From contig VMFS01000001.1 in the NCBI GenBank assembly GCA_007376185.1, positions 94,206-158,205 of the forward strand: DNA of 64,000 nucleotides, read 5' to 3'. The DNA is from Parcubacteria group bacterium Gr01-1014_30 (GTDB lineage: Bacteria > Patescibacteriota > Minisyncoccia > Minisyncoccales > 2-12-FULL-40-12). Shown one piece after another: positions 17,798 through 27,766 of this stretch; position 1 is the stretch's first letter; every line of letters starts with the position of its first letter. Below the pieces are notes generated by a model. It saw only the letters and a program-made list of their open reading frames with translations, was not told where the DNA came from and ran no database searches. Position numbers and translations under genes: made by a program.

Positions 17798-20257
17798 ATG
17801 TCCCACTATTGGTTAATTCCACTTGCCATAGCGGTTTTTTTAGCGCTTTTTCTTTTACTTTTTTGGCGCCGCCAGAAAGAAAGAAAATTCCTGAAGCGGG
17901 GTATACAAACAGCCCTTTTCTTGGTGACCCTGCCTCAGGAAATTAAAAAAGAAGAGACCAAAGAAACGCCTTTGGAACAGTACTTGAAAATGGTTGAACA
18001 GTTTTACTCTTCTTTATCCGGAATCAAAGAGAGGAGTTTTTTTTCGAGGCTTTTTGAGGGCAACCCTGTCTTTGTTTTTGAGGTGGCCGTGCATCGCCTT
18101 GGAGAGGAGATATTTTTTTACTTGGCCGCCCCCCGTTCAATGGCGGGAGTCATTGAAAAACAAGTTCTGGCTTTTTGGCCCAAAGCCCAGGTTCAGCCCT
18201 CGGAAGATTACAATATTTTTAATCCCTCCGGTTTTTCTGTTGGCACAAACGCTTCTTTAAGAAGGGCGCCTGTTTTCCCTCTAAAGTCCTTTCATGAGTT
18301 TGGAGCAGATCCTTTGTCGGCTATAACCAGCGTTTTTACAAAACTTGCCAGAGAAGGCGAGGGCGCCTCTTGTCAGATTTTGCTGAGGCCAAGCAGGAGC
18401 AAAATTAAAAAAGCCGGGCAGAAAACCGTATACCTTATTGAAAAAGGAGCGAAACCAGAAGAACTTGTTTCAGGAACGCAAATTAAAGACATACTGAAAG
18501 GAGAACAGACAGTCGGTTACCGCACCAAAGAGCAAAAACAGGGCCAGCCGCTTTACCACGCGAGCAACGTGATGACTCCCACCCAGCAGGACGCGGTAAA
18601 ATTCATTTCAGAAAAAATCAGCCAGCCGCTTTTTGACGTCAATTTGAGGATTTTGGCTTCAGCAGGCACGCGCGAGAGAGCCGAACAAATCTTGGGCGAA
18701 CTGGAAGCCGCTTTTTCCCAGTTTAACACAACGGTTTTGAACCAGTTAAAGTTCAGGCGGCTTTCAGGACGCGCCTTAAAAAAACTTTTTTACCGTTTTT
18801 CGTTCCGCATATTTAATGAGCGAGAGACAATGACTCTTTCTTCAGGAGAGTTAGCGGGAATGTTTCATTTTCCATCGCCCCAGCTACTCACTCCTCACAT
18901 AAAGTGGTTGAAAGCCAAACAAGCTCCTCCCCCGCCAAACTTGGCCAAAGAAGGTGTAATACTTGGCAAGAACGTTTTTAGAGGAGAAGAAAGAACCGTG
19001 CCTATTTTGCCAGACGACAGACGACGGCATTTTTACATAATTGGACAGACAGGCACTGGTAAGTCGGTTTTGCTGCAGGAAATGATAAGGCAAGATATTG
19101 AAGCTGGCCAAGGCGTTGCTTTAATTGACCCTCACGGTGATATAGCTGAAAAAGTTTTGGAGCTGGTGCCGCCCGAAAGAGCCGAAGACGTCATTTACTT
19201 TAACCCCAGCGATTTTGAAAGGCCGTTGGGTTTGAATATGCTGGAATTTGACCAAAAATACCCCGAGGCAAAAACCTTTGTGGTGAATGAATTGCTGGAG
19301 ATTTTTGAAAAACTTTACAACTTGAAAGCCCAGGGTTTTGGGGGTCCTGTTTTTGAGCAGTATATGAGAAACTCGCTTTTGCTGGTTATGGAAGACCCGG
19401 AATCAGGCAACACTTTAATTGAAATACCTAAAGTGCTTTCTGACGTCAACTTTCGCAAATACAAGCTTTCAAAGTGCAAAAACATAGTGGTTAAGAACTT
19501 CTGGGAACTGGAAGCCGAAAAAGCTGGCGGGGAGGCAGCTTTAGCAAACATGGTGCCTTACATTACCAGCAAAATGAACGTTTTTATAGCCAATGACCTG
19601 GTTCGTCCGATTATCGCCCAGCAGAAGAGCGCGTTTAACTTTAGAGAAATAATGGACCAGGGCAAAATTCTGGTTATCAATCTTTCCAAAGGGAAGCTTG
19701 GCGACATCAACAGCCATTTGCTTGGTATGATTATTGTGGGCAAAATTTTAATAGCAGCTTTCTCTCGGGCGGATATTCCAGAGGAACAGCGCCGCGATTT
19801 TAACCTTTACATTGACGAGTTTCACAACGTTACCACCAAAACCATCACCACGGTTTTGGCTGAAGCCAGAAAATACCGCCTGAATATGATTTTCGGACAT
19901 CAGTTCATAGGCCAGCTTGAAGAAGACACGCAAAAAGCCATTTTCGGCAACGTCGGTTCCCTTTTGGCGTTTCGCATGGGGCCTGACGACGCCAAGTATT
20001 TAAAAACAGTTTTTGAACCGTCTTTTGACGAAAACGACCTTGTTAACTTTGACAACTACAACGCGGCGCTCAAACTTTTAATCAAGGGCGAAACGTCAAA
20101 ACCTTTCAACCTGATAACTTTTCCTCCGAGCAAAGGCAATCCTGAGGTAGCCCGTTTGATCAAAGAGTTTTCCCGCGCCAAATACGGCTCTGACAGAGCC
20201 AAAGTGGAACAGGAACTCTACGGACGGCTGTCCAAGACCTACGTACGACCGCTATAG
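17798..20257 (+). CDS. membrane-anchored P-loop ATPase, VirD4/TraG/TraD (type IV coupling protein, DUF87) family
   Basis: N-terminal TM helix. Walker A YIIGQTGTGKSV followed by LIDPHGD; Walker B LYIDEFHNV. Confidence 0.55.
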   Translation: MSHYWLIPLAIAVFLALFLLLFWRRQKERKFLKRGIQTALFLVTLPQEIKKEETKETPLEQYLKMVEQFYSSLSGIKERSFFSRLFEGNPVFVFEVAVHRLGEEIFFYLAAPRSMAGVIEKQVLAFWPKAQVQPSEDYNIFNPSGFSVGTNASLRRAPVFPLKSFHEFGADPLSAITSVFTKLAREGEGASCQILLRPSRSKIKKAGQKTVYLIEKGAKPEELVSGTQIKDILKGEQTVGYRTKEQKQGQPLYHASNVMTPTQQDAVKFISEKISQPLFDVNLRILASAGTRERAEQILGELEAAFSQFNTTVLNQLKFRRLSGRALKKLFYRFSFRIFNERETMTLSSGELAGMFHFPSPQLLTPHIKWLKAKQAPPPPNLAKEGVILGKNVFRGEERTVPILPDDRRRHFYIIGQTGTGKSVLLQEMIRQDIEAGQGVALIDPHGDIAEKVLELVPPERAEDVIYFNPSDFERPLGLNMLEFDQKYPEAKTFVVNELLEIFEKLYNLKAQGFGGPVFEQYMRNSLLLVMEDPESGNTLIEIPKVLSDVNFRKYKLSKCKNIVVKNFWELEAEKAGGEAALANMVPYITSKMNVFIANDLVRPIIAQQKSAFNFREIMDQGKILVINLSKGKLGDINSHLLGMIIVGKILIAAFSRADIPEEQRRDFNLYIDEFHNVTTKTITTVLAEARKYRLNMIFGHQFIGQLEEDTQKAIFGNVGSLLAFRMGPDDAKYLKTVFEPSFDENDLVNFDNYNAALKLLIKGETSKPFNLITFPPSKGNPEVARLIKEFSRAKYGSDRAKVEQELYGRLSKTYVRPL

Positions 20258-20531
20258 CGCGCGCGTTTTTTGAGCTAACTCCCATTTGGGGTATTGACAA
20301 ATTTAGGGAGAAGCGTATTTTAAAAATATGACAAATCAATTTGAAAAACCTCAAAAATCTGCTCAAGAGGCATCATCGCCGCCTTCGGCGGCGATGACCA
20401 AACCGCCACCTCTTCTGAAAATTCTGAATCGGATCTGCCGCTGGGATAAAAACTGCCAAAGAACCTGATAAAAATATCGGCTCGAACCATATAAATAAAA
20501 GAAACTTTTAATAAATTAATTTTATAAACAT

Positions 20532-21158
20532 ATGTCATTTGAACAACCATCTCCCGAACAAATAGGAGCACAATCAGAAGAACAGAGTTTAACGCCCGAA
20601 CAAAGAGAAGCAGAACGGGCAAAGTTTGAATCAGCATTTATTCCAGTGTTAAGAAAAGCTGTCGTTGAAACATATGAGGATGAAAATTATGCGCGTTCAC
20701 ATCATTTAAATCCTATTGATTTTGAAAGAAAGGGGATAGAGGCGGCAAAGGACGTTACTTTAGAAGTAAAATACAACGATGACGGTACTGTGAACGATAC
20801 TAATTATCGGCTTGGCGGTTATACGCCAGAACGTAATAAAACTTGGAATGCTTTTATGAAAGCTCAAAGTGAAAGTGGTTCTGACGAAGGAGCTAAAACT
20901 TTTAAGCGAGAAATGTTGCTTAAAGAAAAGGAACAAAATGAACAAAGTAGACAGTATGCCAAAGAACAAGTACGAGATTTAGAAAAGCGTTATGATGCCG
21001 TTGCTAGAGATCCTGAAAATCCAAATATTTTACGTTCATCTGAGGAGGGAAATAAATTATTGAGAGCCATTAATGAGTGGAAAGAAAAACTAGAAATGCA
21101 CAGGAATAGAAATGGTGGTTTATCTACAGAATTATCACGCCTAGAACTTTCAAGATAA
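20532..21158 (+). CDS. hypothetical acidic protein in an AT-rich inserted segment
   Basis: The ORF has lower GC than its neighbours. The segment is flanked by 18-bp direct repeats. Confidence 0.4.
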   Translation: MSFEQPSPEQIGAQSEEQSLTPEQREAERAKFESAFIPVLRKAVVETYEDENYARSHHLNPIDFERKGIEAAKDVTLEVKYNDDGTVNDTNYRLGGYTPERNKTWNAFMKAQSESGSDEGAKTFKREMLLKEKEQNEQSRQYAKEQVRDLEKRYDAVARDPENPNILRSSEEGNKLLRAINEWKEKLEMHRNRNGGLSTELSRLELSR

Positions 21159-21460
21159 ATTTTATTTCCACCTATTATTTTGTAAAAGAGTTTGCCGCCA
21201 GAGAAAAATTTATCTTTCGATGAGGCTCAGGACAATGGTGAGCTTGTCGAACCATTGAAATCGTCGCCTCGCTTTGCGAGGCGGCATCTGTGAATTTGAC
21301 CTTTTCCATTTGGCAGGGGAACTGCGGTTTGACTCTCAGAACGTGAACGACGATTTAAGTTATTTTACCAGGACTGGCGGTCTTAGAGGAAAAGTTCGTC
21401 AACTTTTGTTAGGTGAAGCTTTGTCTGGCGAATAATCTTTTGAGAAGCGCGTTTTTTGAG

Positions 21461-23476
21461 CTAAAGTTTCTTAATCAAGTCCCTTATTTCAGCCGCCCTT
21501 TCAAAGTCAAGATTGCGGGCGGCTTCTTTCATTTCTTTCTCCAGAAGTTTTTTATCCCGCACTTGCCAAAATTCAGCAGCCACTTGTTTTTCTTTGGAAG
21601 CGAACGGCCAATCCCTGATTGCCTTGACTATTGGTTTTGGTTCAATGCCGTGTTCTTTGTTGTATTCTTCCTGAATCTTTCTTCTTCTTTTGATTTCGGC
21701 AATGGCTTTTTTCATTGAATAAGTTTCTTTGTCGCCGTACAAAATCACGCGTCCTTCAGGGTGCCTCGCCGCCCTGCCCATCGTTTGAATGAGCGTTGTT
21801 TCGGAACGTAAGAAACCTTCTTTATCCGCGTCCAAAATGGCGACTAAAGCTACCTCAGGCAAGTCTAGACCCTCCCTAAGTAAGTTTATCCCAACCAGCA
21901 CTTGGTACTTTCCTTCTCTCAAGTCCTTCAGAATCTGCGGCCTTTCCAATGTCTTGACTTCAGAGTGCAGCCACTGGGCTTTAATTTTTTCTTCTGCCAG
22001 GTGGTCAGATAAAGCTTCTGCTAACCGCTTGGTTAAGGTTATGGCTAAAACGCGCTGATTGAGCATCCTTCTTTTTTTAATTTCGGCTATTAAGTCGCGA
22101 ACCTGGTTTTTGGTTGGCCTTACTTCAATTGACGGCTCCAAAAGACCGGTAGGCCTGATTAGCTGTTCAACCACATAATTGCCCGATTTTCTTCTTTCTT
22201 CCGTGGCTGGCGTGGCGGAAACATAGATTGTCTGTTTGACCTTTTTTTCAAATGCCGCGGCTGAAAGCCGAGGCGCTCGCAGAGAGCTTCGCTCTCTTCT
22301 CGCCTCCCCGAGAGTGAGAGGAAGTGGAGCTTCAGCGAACTCTTCAAAAGTCAAAGGCCGATTGTCAACAGCCGAAGGTAACCGAAACCCGTGTTCAACA
22401 AGAGTTTTTTTTCTAGCCCTGTCTTGCACGGCCATAGCATGGAGCTGGGGCAGCGTTTGGTGGGACTCGTCAATAAAAACCAAAAAATCTGTGGGAAAGT
22501 AGTCCAACAAAGTATAAGGCGCCTGTTCTGGTTTTCTGAATTCCAAATGGCGCGAGTAGTTTTCTATTCCGTGGCAATAGCCCTGTTCTTTAATCATTTC
22601 CAAATCGTAGTTGGTTCTTTGTCCTAAGCGTTGAGCTTCCAATAATTTTTTTTCTTTCTTCAGTTTTTTGAGTTGATCTTGCAACTCTGATTTTATGTTT
22701 TCAAGGGCGACATTTAGCTTATTTTGCGGCGTCACCCAGAAAGTGGCAGGGAAGATTAGTTTGTAGTTTGTAGTTTTTAGTTGGTAGTTAGGGATTAAGG
22801 CGTTTTCTGAAACGGAAATTTTGTCTACTTTGTCGCCGGAGAACTCAACCTGAATGATTTCTTTCCCGGTTACCAAAAATATTTCAACTAAATCACCTCT
22901 AACCCTAAAAGTGCCTGGTTTAAAATCAACGTCGTTTCTTTGATACTGCAAAGAGATAAGATGCGAAAGAAAATCTTTCCTCTTTATTTTTTGCCTTGTT
23001 TGCATTTGCAACGAAACTTCTTGATAAGCGTCTGGTGAGCCGATGTTGTAAATGCAAGAGACCGAAGCCACCACAATAACGTCGTTTCTCGTTAAAACGT
23101 CTTGGGTGGCTGCGTGGCGCAGTCGATCAATTTCTTCGTTAATCTTGGCGTCTTTTTCAATATATGTATCGGTTTGGGGAATGTAGGCCTCGGGCTGGTA
23201 GTAGTCATAATAAGAAACGAAAAAATGTACGCCGTTTTCTGGGAAGAATTCTTTGAACTCTTGGTAAAGTTGAGCCGCTAAAATTTTATTGGGCGATATG
23301 ACAAGAGTCGGCCTTTGCATTTTTTCAATCACGCAGGCCATTGTCATTGTTTTGCCAGAGCCCGTAACTCCCAAAAGCACCTGGTCTGCAACACCGGCTT
23401 TTAGGTTTTCCGCCAGCTGGCGGATGGCTTGGGGCTGGTCGCCCTTCGGCTTAAATGGAGAAACTAACTTAAACAT
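21461..23476 (-). CDS. uvrB: excinuclease ABC subunit B
   Basis: QLLGVTGSGKT Walker A, helicase motifs, and a C-terminal UVR motif AEIRDLIKKL. Confidence 0.9.
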   Translation of the reverse strand: MFKLVSPFKPKGDQPQAIRQLAENLKAGVADQVLLGVTGSGKTMTMACVIEKMQRPTLVISPNKILAAQLYQEFKEFFPENGVHFFVSYYDYYQPEAYIPQTDTYIEKDAKINEEIDRLRHAATQDVLTRNDVIVVASVSCIYNIGSPDAYQEVSLQMQTRQKIKRKDFLSHLISLQYQRNDVDFKPGTFRVRGDLVEIFLVTGKEIIQVEFSGDKVDKISVSENALIPNYQLKTTNYKLIFPATFWVTPQNKLNVALENIKSELQDQLKKLKKEKKLLEAQRLGQRTNYDLEMIKEQGYCHGIENYSRHLEFRKPEQAPYTLLDYFPTDFLVFIDESHQTLPQLHAMAVQDRARKKTLVEHGFRLPSAVDNRPLTFEEFAEAPLPLTLGEARRERSSLRAPRLSAAAFEKKVKQTIYVSATPATEERRKSGNYVVEQLIRPTGLLEPSIEVRPTKNQVRDLIAEIKKRRMLNQRVLAITLTKRLAEALSDHLAEEKIKAQWLHSEVKTLERPQILKDLREGKYQVLVGINLLREGLDLPEVALVAILDADKEGFLRSETTLIQTMGRAARHPEGRVILYGDKETYSMKKAIAEIKRRRKIQEEYNKEHGIEPKPIVKAIRDWPFASKEKQVAAEFWQVRDKKLLEKEMKEAARNLDFERAAEIRDLIKKL

Positions 23477-23495
23477 GGTAAAGTGGAGAGTAATA

Positions 23496-24710
23496 ATGCA
23501 GGCAAAAGAACTTATTAAAAAAATTATCCCTCCCTTTTTGTTGAGCTGGTATCATTTTATTTTAGCATTTTTGGGAGCTATTTTGTATGGGTTTCCATCG
23601 CGCAAGCTAAAGGTCATCGGGGTGACCGGAACCAACGGCAAAACCACGACAACCGAGATGACTGCTCGCATTTTGGAAGAAGCCGGCTACAAAGTGGCTT
23701 TGGTCAACTCAATCCGCTTTAAAATCGGAGAGTCAGAGGAGCCGAATATGTTTAAGATGACAATGCCCGGTCGCTTTTTTATTCAAAAGTTTTTGCGCCA
23801 TGCGGTAAAAAATGGCGCAAAGTACGCGGTTTTGGAAGTTACCTCTGAAGGCATAAAACAGCATCGCCACAGATTTATTCATTTTGACACGGCGGTTTTA
23901 ACCAATTTGAATCCGGAACACATTGAGTCGCACGGCTCTTTTGAAAAATACCGAGAGGCCAAAGAAGAGCTTTTTCGCTCGTGCAGAAATATTCATGTAA
24001 TAAACGAAGACGACCCCAACGCCAACTACTTTTTGAGTTTTTCCAGCGCCAAAAAATTTACTTTTGGCAAAGAAGACAAAAATTTACTGCTATATAGCAG
24101 TAAACTTTTTGGAGAATTTAACGCTTGGAACGCGGCAGCCGCTTGTAAAGTCGGCTTGTCGCAGGGTATTGATTGGGATATTTGCAAAAAAGCCATAGAA
24201 AAAGTTGATAAAATCCCGGGCAGAATGGAACAAGTTATTGCAGAACCTTTCAAAGTTTTTGTTGACTACGTTTTTATTCCCAACGCGCTTGAAAAAGTTT
24301 ACCAAACCATAAAGTCATTAGTTATTAGTCATCAGTCAAAAGTTATTTGCGTTTTGGGAGCGGCTGGCGGGGGCAGAGATAAATGGAAAAGGCCGGTTTT
24401 GGGCGAGCTGGCGTCAAAGTACTGCCAAGAAATAATTGTTACCAACGAAGATCCTTATGACGAACCCCCCATGGAAATCATAGAACAGGTAGCTAAAGGA
24501 GCCGGAGAGAAAGCGCAAAAAATACTGGATAGAAGAGAGGCGATAAGGCGGGCTTTAGAACTGGCGAAACCGGGCGACACGGTGGTGATTACAGGGAAAG
24601 GTTCAGAGCCGTGGATATGCGTTGCCAATGGGCGAAAGATTCCATGGGACGACAGAAAAGTTGTTTTTGAGGAATATGAGGAATTACGAAATTCTAGAAC
24701 ACAAAGCTGA
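23496..24710 (+). CDS. Mur ligase family protein (MurE/MurT-like central and C-terminal domains)
   Basis: VIGVTGTNGKTTTTEM is the Mur ligase P-loop. Start placed at the ATG at 23496, which follows GGAGAG, rather than at the ORF-track start that overlaps uvrB. Confidence 0.6.
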   Translation: MQAKELIKKIIPPFLLSWYHFILAFLGAILYGFPSRKLKVIGVTGTNGKTTTTEMTARILEEAGYKVALVNSIRFKIGESEEPNMFKMTMPGRFFIQKFLRHAVKNGAKYAVLEVTSEGIKQHRHRFIHFDTAVLTNLNPEHIESHGSFEKYREAKEELFRSCRNIHVINEDDPNANYFLSFSSAKKFTFGKEDKNLLLYSSKLFGEFNAWNAAAACKVGLSQGIDWDICKKAIEKVDKIPGRMEQVIAEPFKVFVDYVFIPNALEKVYQTIKSLVISHQSKVICVLGAAGGGRDKWKRPVLGELASKYCQEIIVTNEDPYDEPPMEIIEQVAKGAGEKAQKILDRREAIRRALELAKPGDTVVITGKGSEPWICVANGRKIPWDDRKVVFEEYEELRNSRTQS

Positions 24711-25083
24711 TTTGAAAATCAGGGTTTGGGGGGAAACGAAAGAGGAACTGTTTTTGAACGCGGTTTTAGCGATGCAAAGCTCCTTGTTTGCTGAAAAGCG
24801 CAAAGCTAAAAGCGCAAAGCGAAAAATGAGCGCAAGTTCCCCAGACGTAAGCGCTCTACTGGTTGATTTTTTGAGCGAGGTTTTGTACCTTATTCAAACA
24901 AAAAAAGAGATATACAGTAAGGTTAATTTCACTAAGTTTTCAGATACGGAAGTTGCAGTTGAACTTGCAGGCCAGAAAGTCGCGAGGTTTAACCAAGAGA
25001 TAAAAGCCGTTACCCACCACGGTTTAAAAGTGCGCCAAAGAAAAGATGGTTTCTGGGAAACAACAATAATTTTTGATGTATGA
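24676..25083 (+). CDS. archease (RtcB activator)
   Basis: YEILEHKADLKIRVWGETKEELFLNAVLAM and a C-terminal TTIIFDV match the archease family. It lies immediately upstream of rtcB. Confidence 0.75.
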   Translation: MRNYEILEHKADLKIRVWGETKEELFLNAVLAMQSSLFAEKRKAKSAKRKMSASSPDVSALLVDFLSEVLYLIQTKKEIYSKVNFTKFSDTEVAVELAGQKVARFNQEIKAVTHHGLKVRQRKDGFWETTIIFDV

Positions 25084-26495
25084 ATTCCAAAAAGGACTTA
25101 GTGAAAATTTCAGATTGGCTTTGGGAGTTGCCAAAAAGTTTTCGCAAAGACATGCGGGTTCCCTCGCACATTTATGCGACAGAGAAACTACTTGAGAAAA
25201 TAGAGCCAGAAGCCATAACGCAGGTTGTTAATGTTGCCACTCTGCCAGGGATAGTTGACTACTCTTTTGCCATGCCGGATATCCACACTGGATACGGTTT
25301 TGTCATTGGCGGAGTGGCTGCGATGTCAGCTGAAAGCGGAGTTATATCACCTGGTGGCGTGGGCTATGACATTGCTTGCTCTGTGCGTCTGTTGAGGTCT
25401 TATCTAAGCGCAAAAGAGATCTCTCCTTACATAGACGCTCTGGCAACAGAGATTCAAAAAGAAGTGCCTTCTGGATTAGGTCGTGGCAGACAGGTTAAGC
25501 TTTCAAGGACCGAGATTGACAAAATCTTAGAAGGCGGCGCGTCTTATCTTGTTGAGCAGGGTTATGGCACAAAAGAAGACATTGAATATTGCGAAGAACG
25601 AGGCAGGATGGAAGGAGTCGATCCTACACTTGTTTCAGACCACGCCAAGCAAAGAGGCCGAGACCAGGTCGGCACCTTGGGTTCTGGCAACCATTTCATG
25701 GAAATACAGGTTGTTGATGAAATTTTTGATAAAGAAGCTGCCGAGGCCTTTGGGCTTCTTGATGGCCAGATTGTATTAATGATTCACTGCGGATCCCGCG
25801 GCTTGGGACATCAAATCGCCACCGACTATATTAAGATTATGATACGCGCGATGGAAAAGTACGACATTAAGCTACCTGACAGAGAGCTTACTTGCGCGCC
25901 TTTTAATTCGCCTGAAGGGCAAAATTATTTCGCTGCAATGAAAGCAGGTGCCAACTTTTCCTGGGCAAACAGACATATGATAACTCATTATATCAGACAG
26001 GCGTGGCAAAAGATTCTAGGAGAAGACGCTAGACTGGAATTGGTCTACGACGTTTCGCACAACACCGCCAAGCTTGAGCAAGGCAGGGTCGTTCACAGAA
26101 AGGGGGCAACCAGGGCTTTTCCGCCGGGGCACCCTGAACTTCCGGAAAAGTATCGCGAAGTCGGCCAGCCGGTTTTGATTCCAGGGTCAATGGGCACCGC
26201 TTCTTGGGTTTTGGTCGGGCAAAAAGAAGGCGAGCAAGCATTCTTTAGTTCTTGTCACGGGGCCGGGCGCGCCATGTCAAGAAAAGAAGCAACAAGGCGG
26301 GTGTCTGGACAAAAAGTGATAAATGAGCTAAAATCAAAAGGAATTCTGGTTAAGTGCTTTTCTTCTCGCGGCATTGCAGAGGAAGCGCCGCTGGCTTATA
26401 AAAACGTAGACGAGGTGGTGGAGGTTGTGAAAGAAGCCGGGCTTTCAAAGAAGGTGGCGCGACTTTTACCCTTAGCCGTAATAAAGGGAGAATAA
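25080..26495 (+). CDS. rtcB: RNA-splicing ligase RtcB
   Basis: Metal-binding His/Cys motifs HNTAKLE...HRKGATRA and GSMGTASW. 471 aa. Confidence 0.85.
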   Translation: MNSKKDLVKISDWLWELPKSFRKDMRVPSHIYATEKLLEKIEPEAITQVVNVATLPGIVDYSFAMPDIHTGYGFVIGGVAAMSAESGVISPGGVGYDIACSVRLLRSYLSAKEISPYIDALATEIQKEVPSGLGRGRQVKLSRTEIDKILEGGASYLVEQGYGTKEDIEYCEERGRMEGVDPTLVSDHAKQRGRDQVGTLGSGNHFMEIQVVDEIFDKEAAEAFGLLDGQIVLMIHCGSRGLGHQIATDYIKIMIRAMEKYDIKLPDRELTCAPFNSPEGQNYFAAMKAGANFSWANRHMITHYIRQAWQKILGEDARLELVYDVSHNTAKLEQGRVVHRKGATRAFPPGHPELPEKYREVGQPVLIPGSMGTASWVLVGQKEGEQAFFSSCHGAGRAMSRKEATRRVSGQKVINELKSKGILVKCFSSRGIAEEAPLAYKNVDEVVEVVKEAGLSKKVARLLPLAVIKGE

Positions 26496-26804
26496 ACTTT
26501 AAATCCGAAGCACGAAGCACGAAGTCCGAAACAATGTTTAAATAACCAAAGTTCAAATGAGCAAAGCAGGTTTTAAGAATTTGAACATTATAATTTTGAA
26601 TTTGTTTCGAATTTCGATATTCGAATTTAGAATTTTAAACCAACCCATTGTTTCTCCGCAATTTAATCATGAAGAAGCTTCCCAGAGGAATCAGAAAATA
26701 TATCAGACGAGAGAAAGCCCGGATCCGCCGGGAGGTTTTGGGTTCCAAGGAGCAGGAAAGGTTGATCAGCGAGCTGTATCAGAAGTTTTTGCCACGAAAA
26801 CAAA

Positions 26805-27764
26805 ATGACAGTAAATGAAATATACAACCTCGCTTTGCAAATGGGTATTGACTCTGATTTTCGCGGCAGAGATACGATTCAGAAACTGCTTAAGCGGAGA
26901 AAAGAAAAATACGAGAAACTATCTGACGAGGAAAAAAAAGAGTTTGACTTGGAGTCACTCACTAATCCGTATTCAGACACCAGAGTTTTGCACGTGGCTA
27001 AAGACCAGCAAATCAAGAAGGTTTTGGCTGGCATTGACATTGAACCAGCTGAAATCCTTTTGGCAAAAGAAATCGGAGGTGTTGATTTAATAATCGCTCA
27101 CCACCCAGTGGGCAAAGGACTTGCCAACCTGCACGACGTAATGGAACTTCAATGCGACGTTCTTTCGCAGTACGGAGTTCCAATAAACGTTGCCGAAGGA
27201 CTGATGAAGCCGCGGATTGACGAGGTGGCGCGAGGCATCAACGCAAAAAATCACGAAAGAACCGTGGACGCGGCTCGTCTTTTAGGTTTTAATTTGATGT
27301 GCGCCCACACTGTTACCGATAACTTAGCCGCCAAGTTCTTAAAGGAAAAAGTTGAGAGATCAGACGGCGCATTGCTCCGTCTTGAAGATTTGATGAAGAT
27401 GTTAAAAGAAGTTCCGGAGTACCGGGTAGCTACGAAAATCGGAGCAGGCCCGAGAATTTTTGTTGGAGACCCCGAAAGAAGGTGCGGCAAAATCGCTTTG
27501 TCTGAAATAACCGGGGGCACGGAGGGCTCTCCAAAACTCTACGAAAAAATGGCAATCGCGGGCATTGGCACCACAGTTGGCATGCACGTTTCCGAAGAGC
27601 ACAAAAAGGAAGCAGAAGCCGCCCACTTAAACGTGGTGATAGCAGGCCACATGAGTTCTGACTCAATAGGAATGAACCTTTTTTTGGACGAACTTGAAAA
27701 GAAAGGCATTGAAATAGTTGCTTGCTCTGGTTTAATCAGGGTTTCCAGGGAAGCGAAGAGCTAA
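26805..27764 (+). CDS. Nif3-like dinuclear-metal-centre protein (DUF34/YqfO family)
   Basis: DLIIAHHPVG matches the family motif. Size and C-terminal GxHxxxD are consistent. Confidence 0.5.
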   Translation: MTVNEIYNLALQMGIDSDFRGRDTIQKLLKRRKEKYEKLSDEEKKEFDLESLTNPYSDTRVLHVAKDQQIKKVLAGIDIEPAEILLAKEIGGVDLIIAHHPVGKGLANLHDVMELQCDVLSQYGVPINVAEGLMKPRIDEVARGINAKNHERTVDAARLLGFNLMCAHTVTDNLAAKFLKEKVERSDGALLRLEDLMKMLKEVPEYRVATKIGAGPRIFVGDPERRCGKIALSEITGGTEGSPKLYEKMAIAGIGTTVGMHVSEEHKKEAEAAHLNVVIAGHMSSDSIGMNLFLDELEKKGIEIVACSGLIRVSREAKS

Positions 27765-27766
27765 AA

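Noticed and set aside
20327-20470. 47-codon ORF containing the CGCCGCCTTCGGCGGCG hairpin
   Set aside because: No RBS or conservation evidence. The hairpin is more likely an RNA or terminator element.
23289-23495. N-terminal 69 codons of the Mur-ligase ORF as given in the ORF track
   Set aside because: This part overlaps the uvrB coding region on the opposite strand. An ATG with GGAGAG at 23496 gives a sensible start.
26557-26808. 83-aa ORF in the rtcB-Nif3 spacer
   Set aside because: Low-complexity translation of the heptad-repeat tract. A 49-codon basic ORF in another frame (26669-26818) is more protein-like, but it is too short to call.
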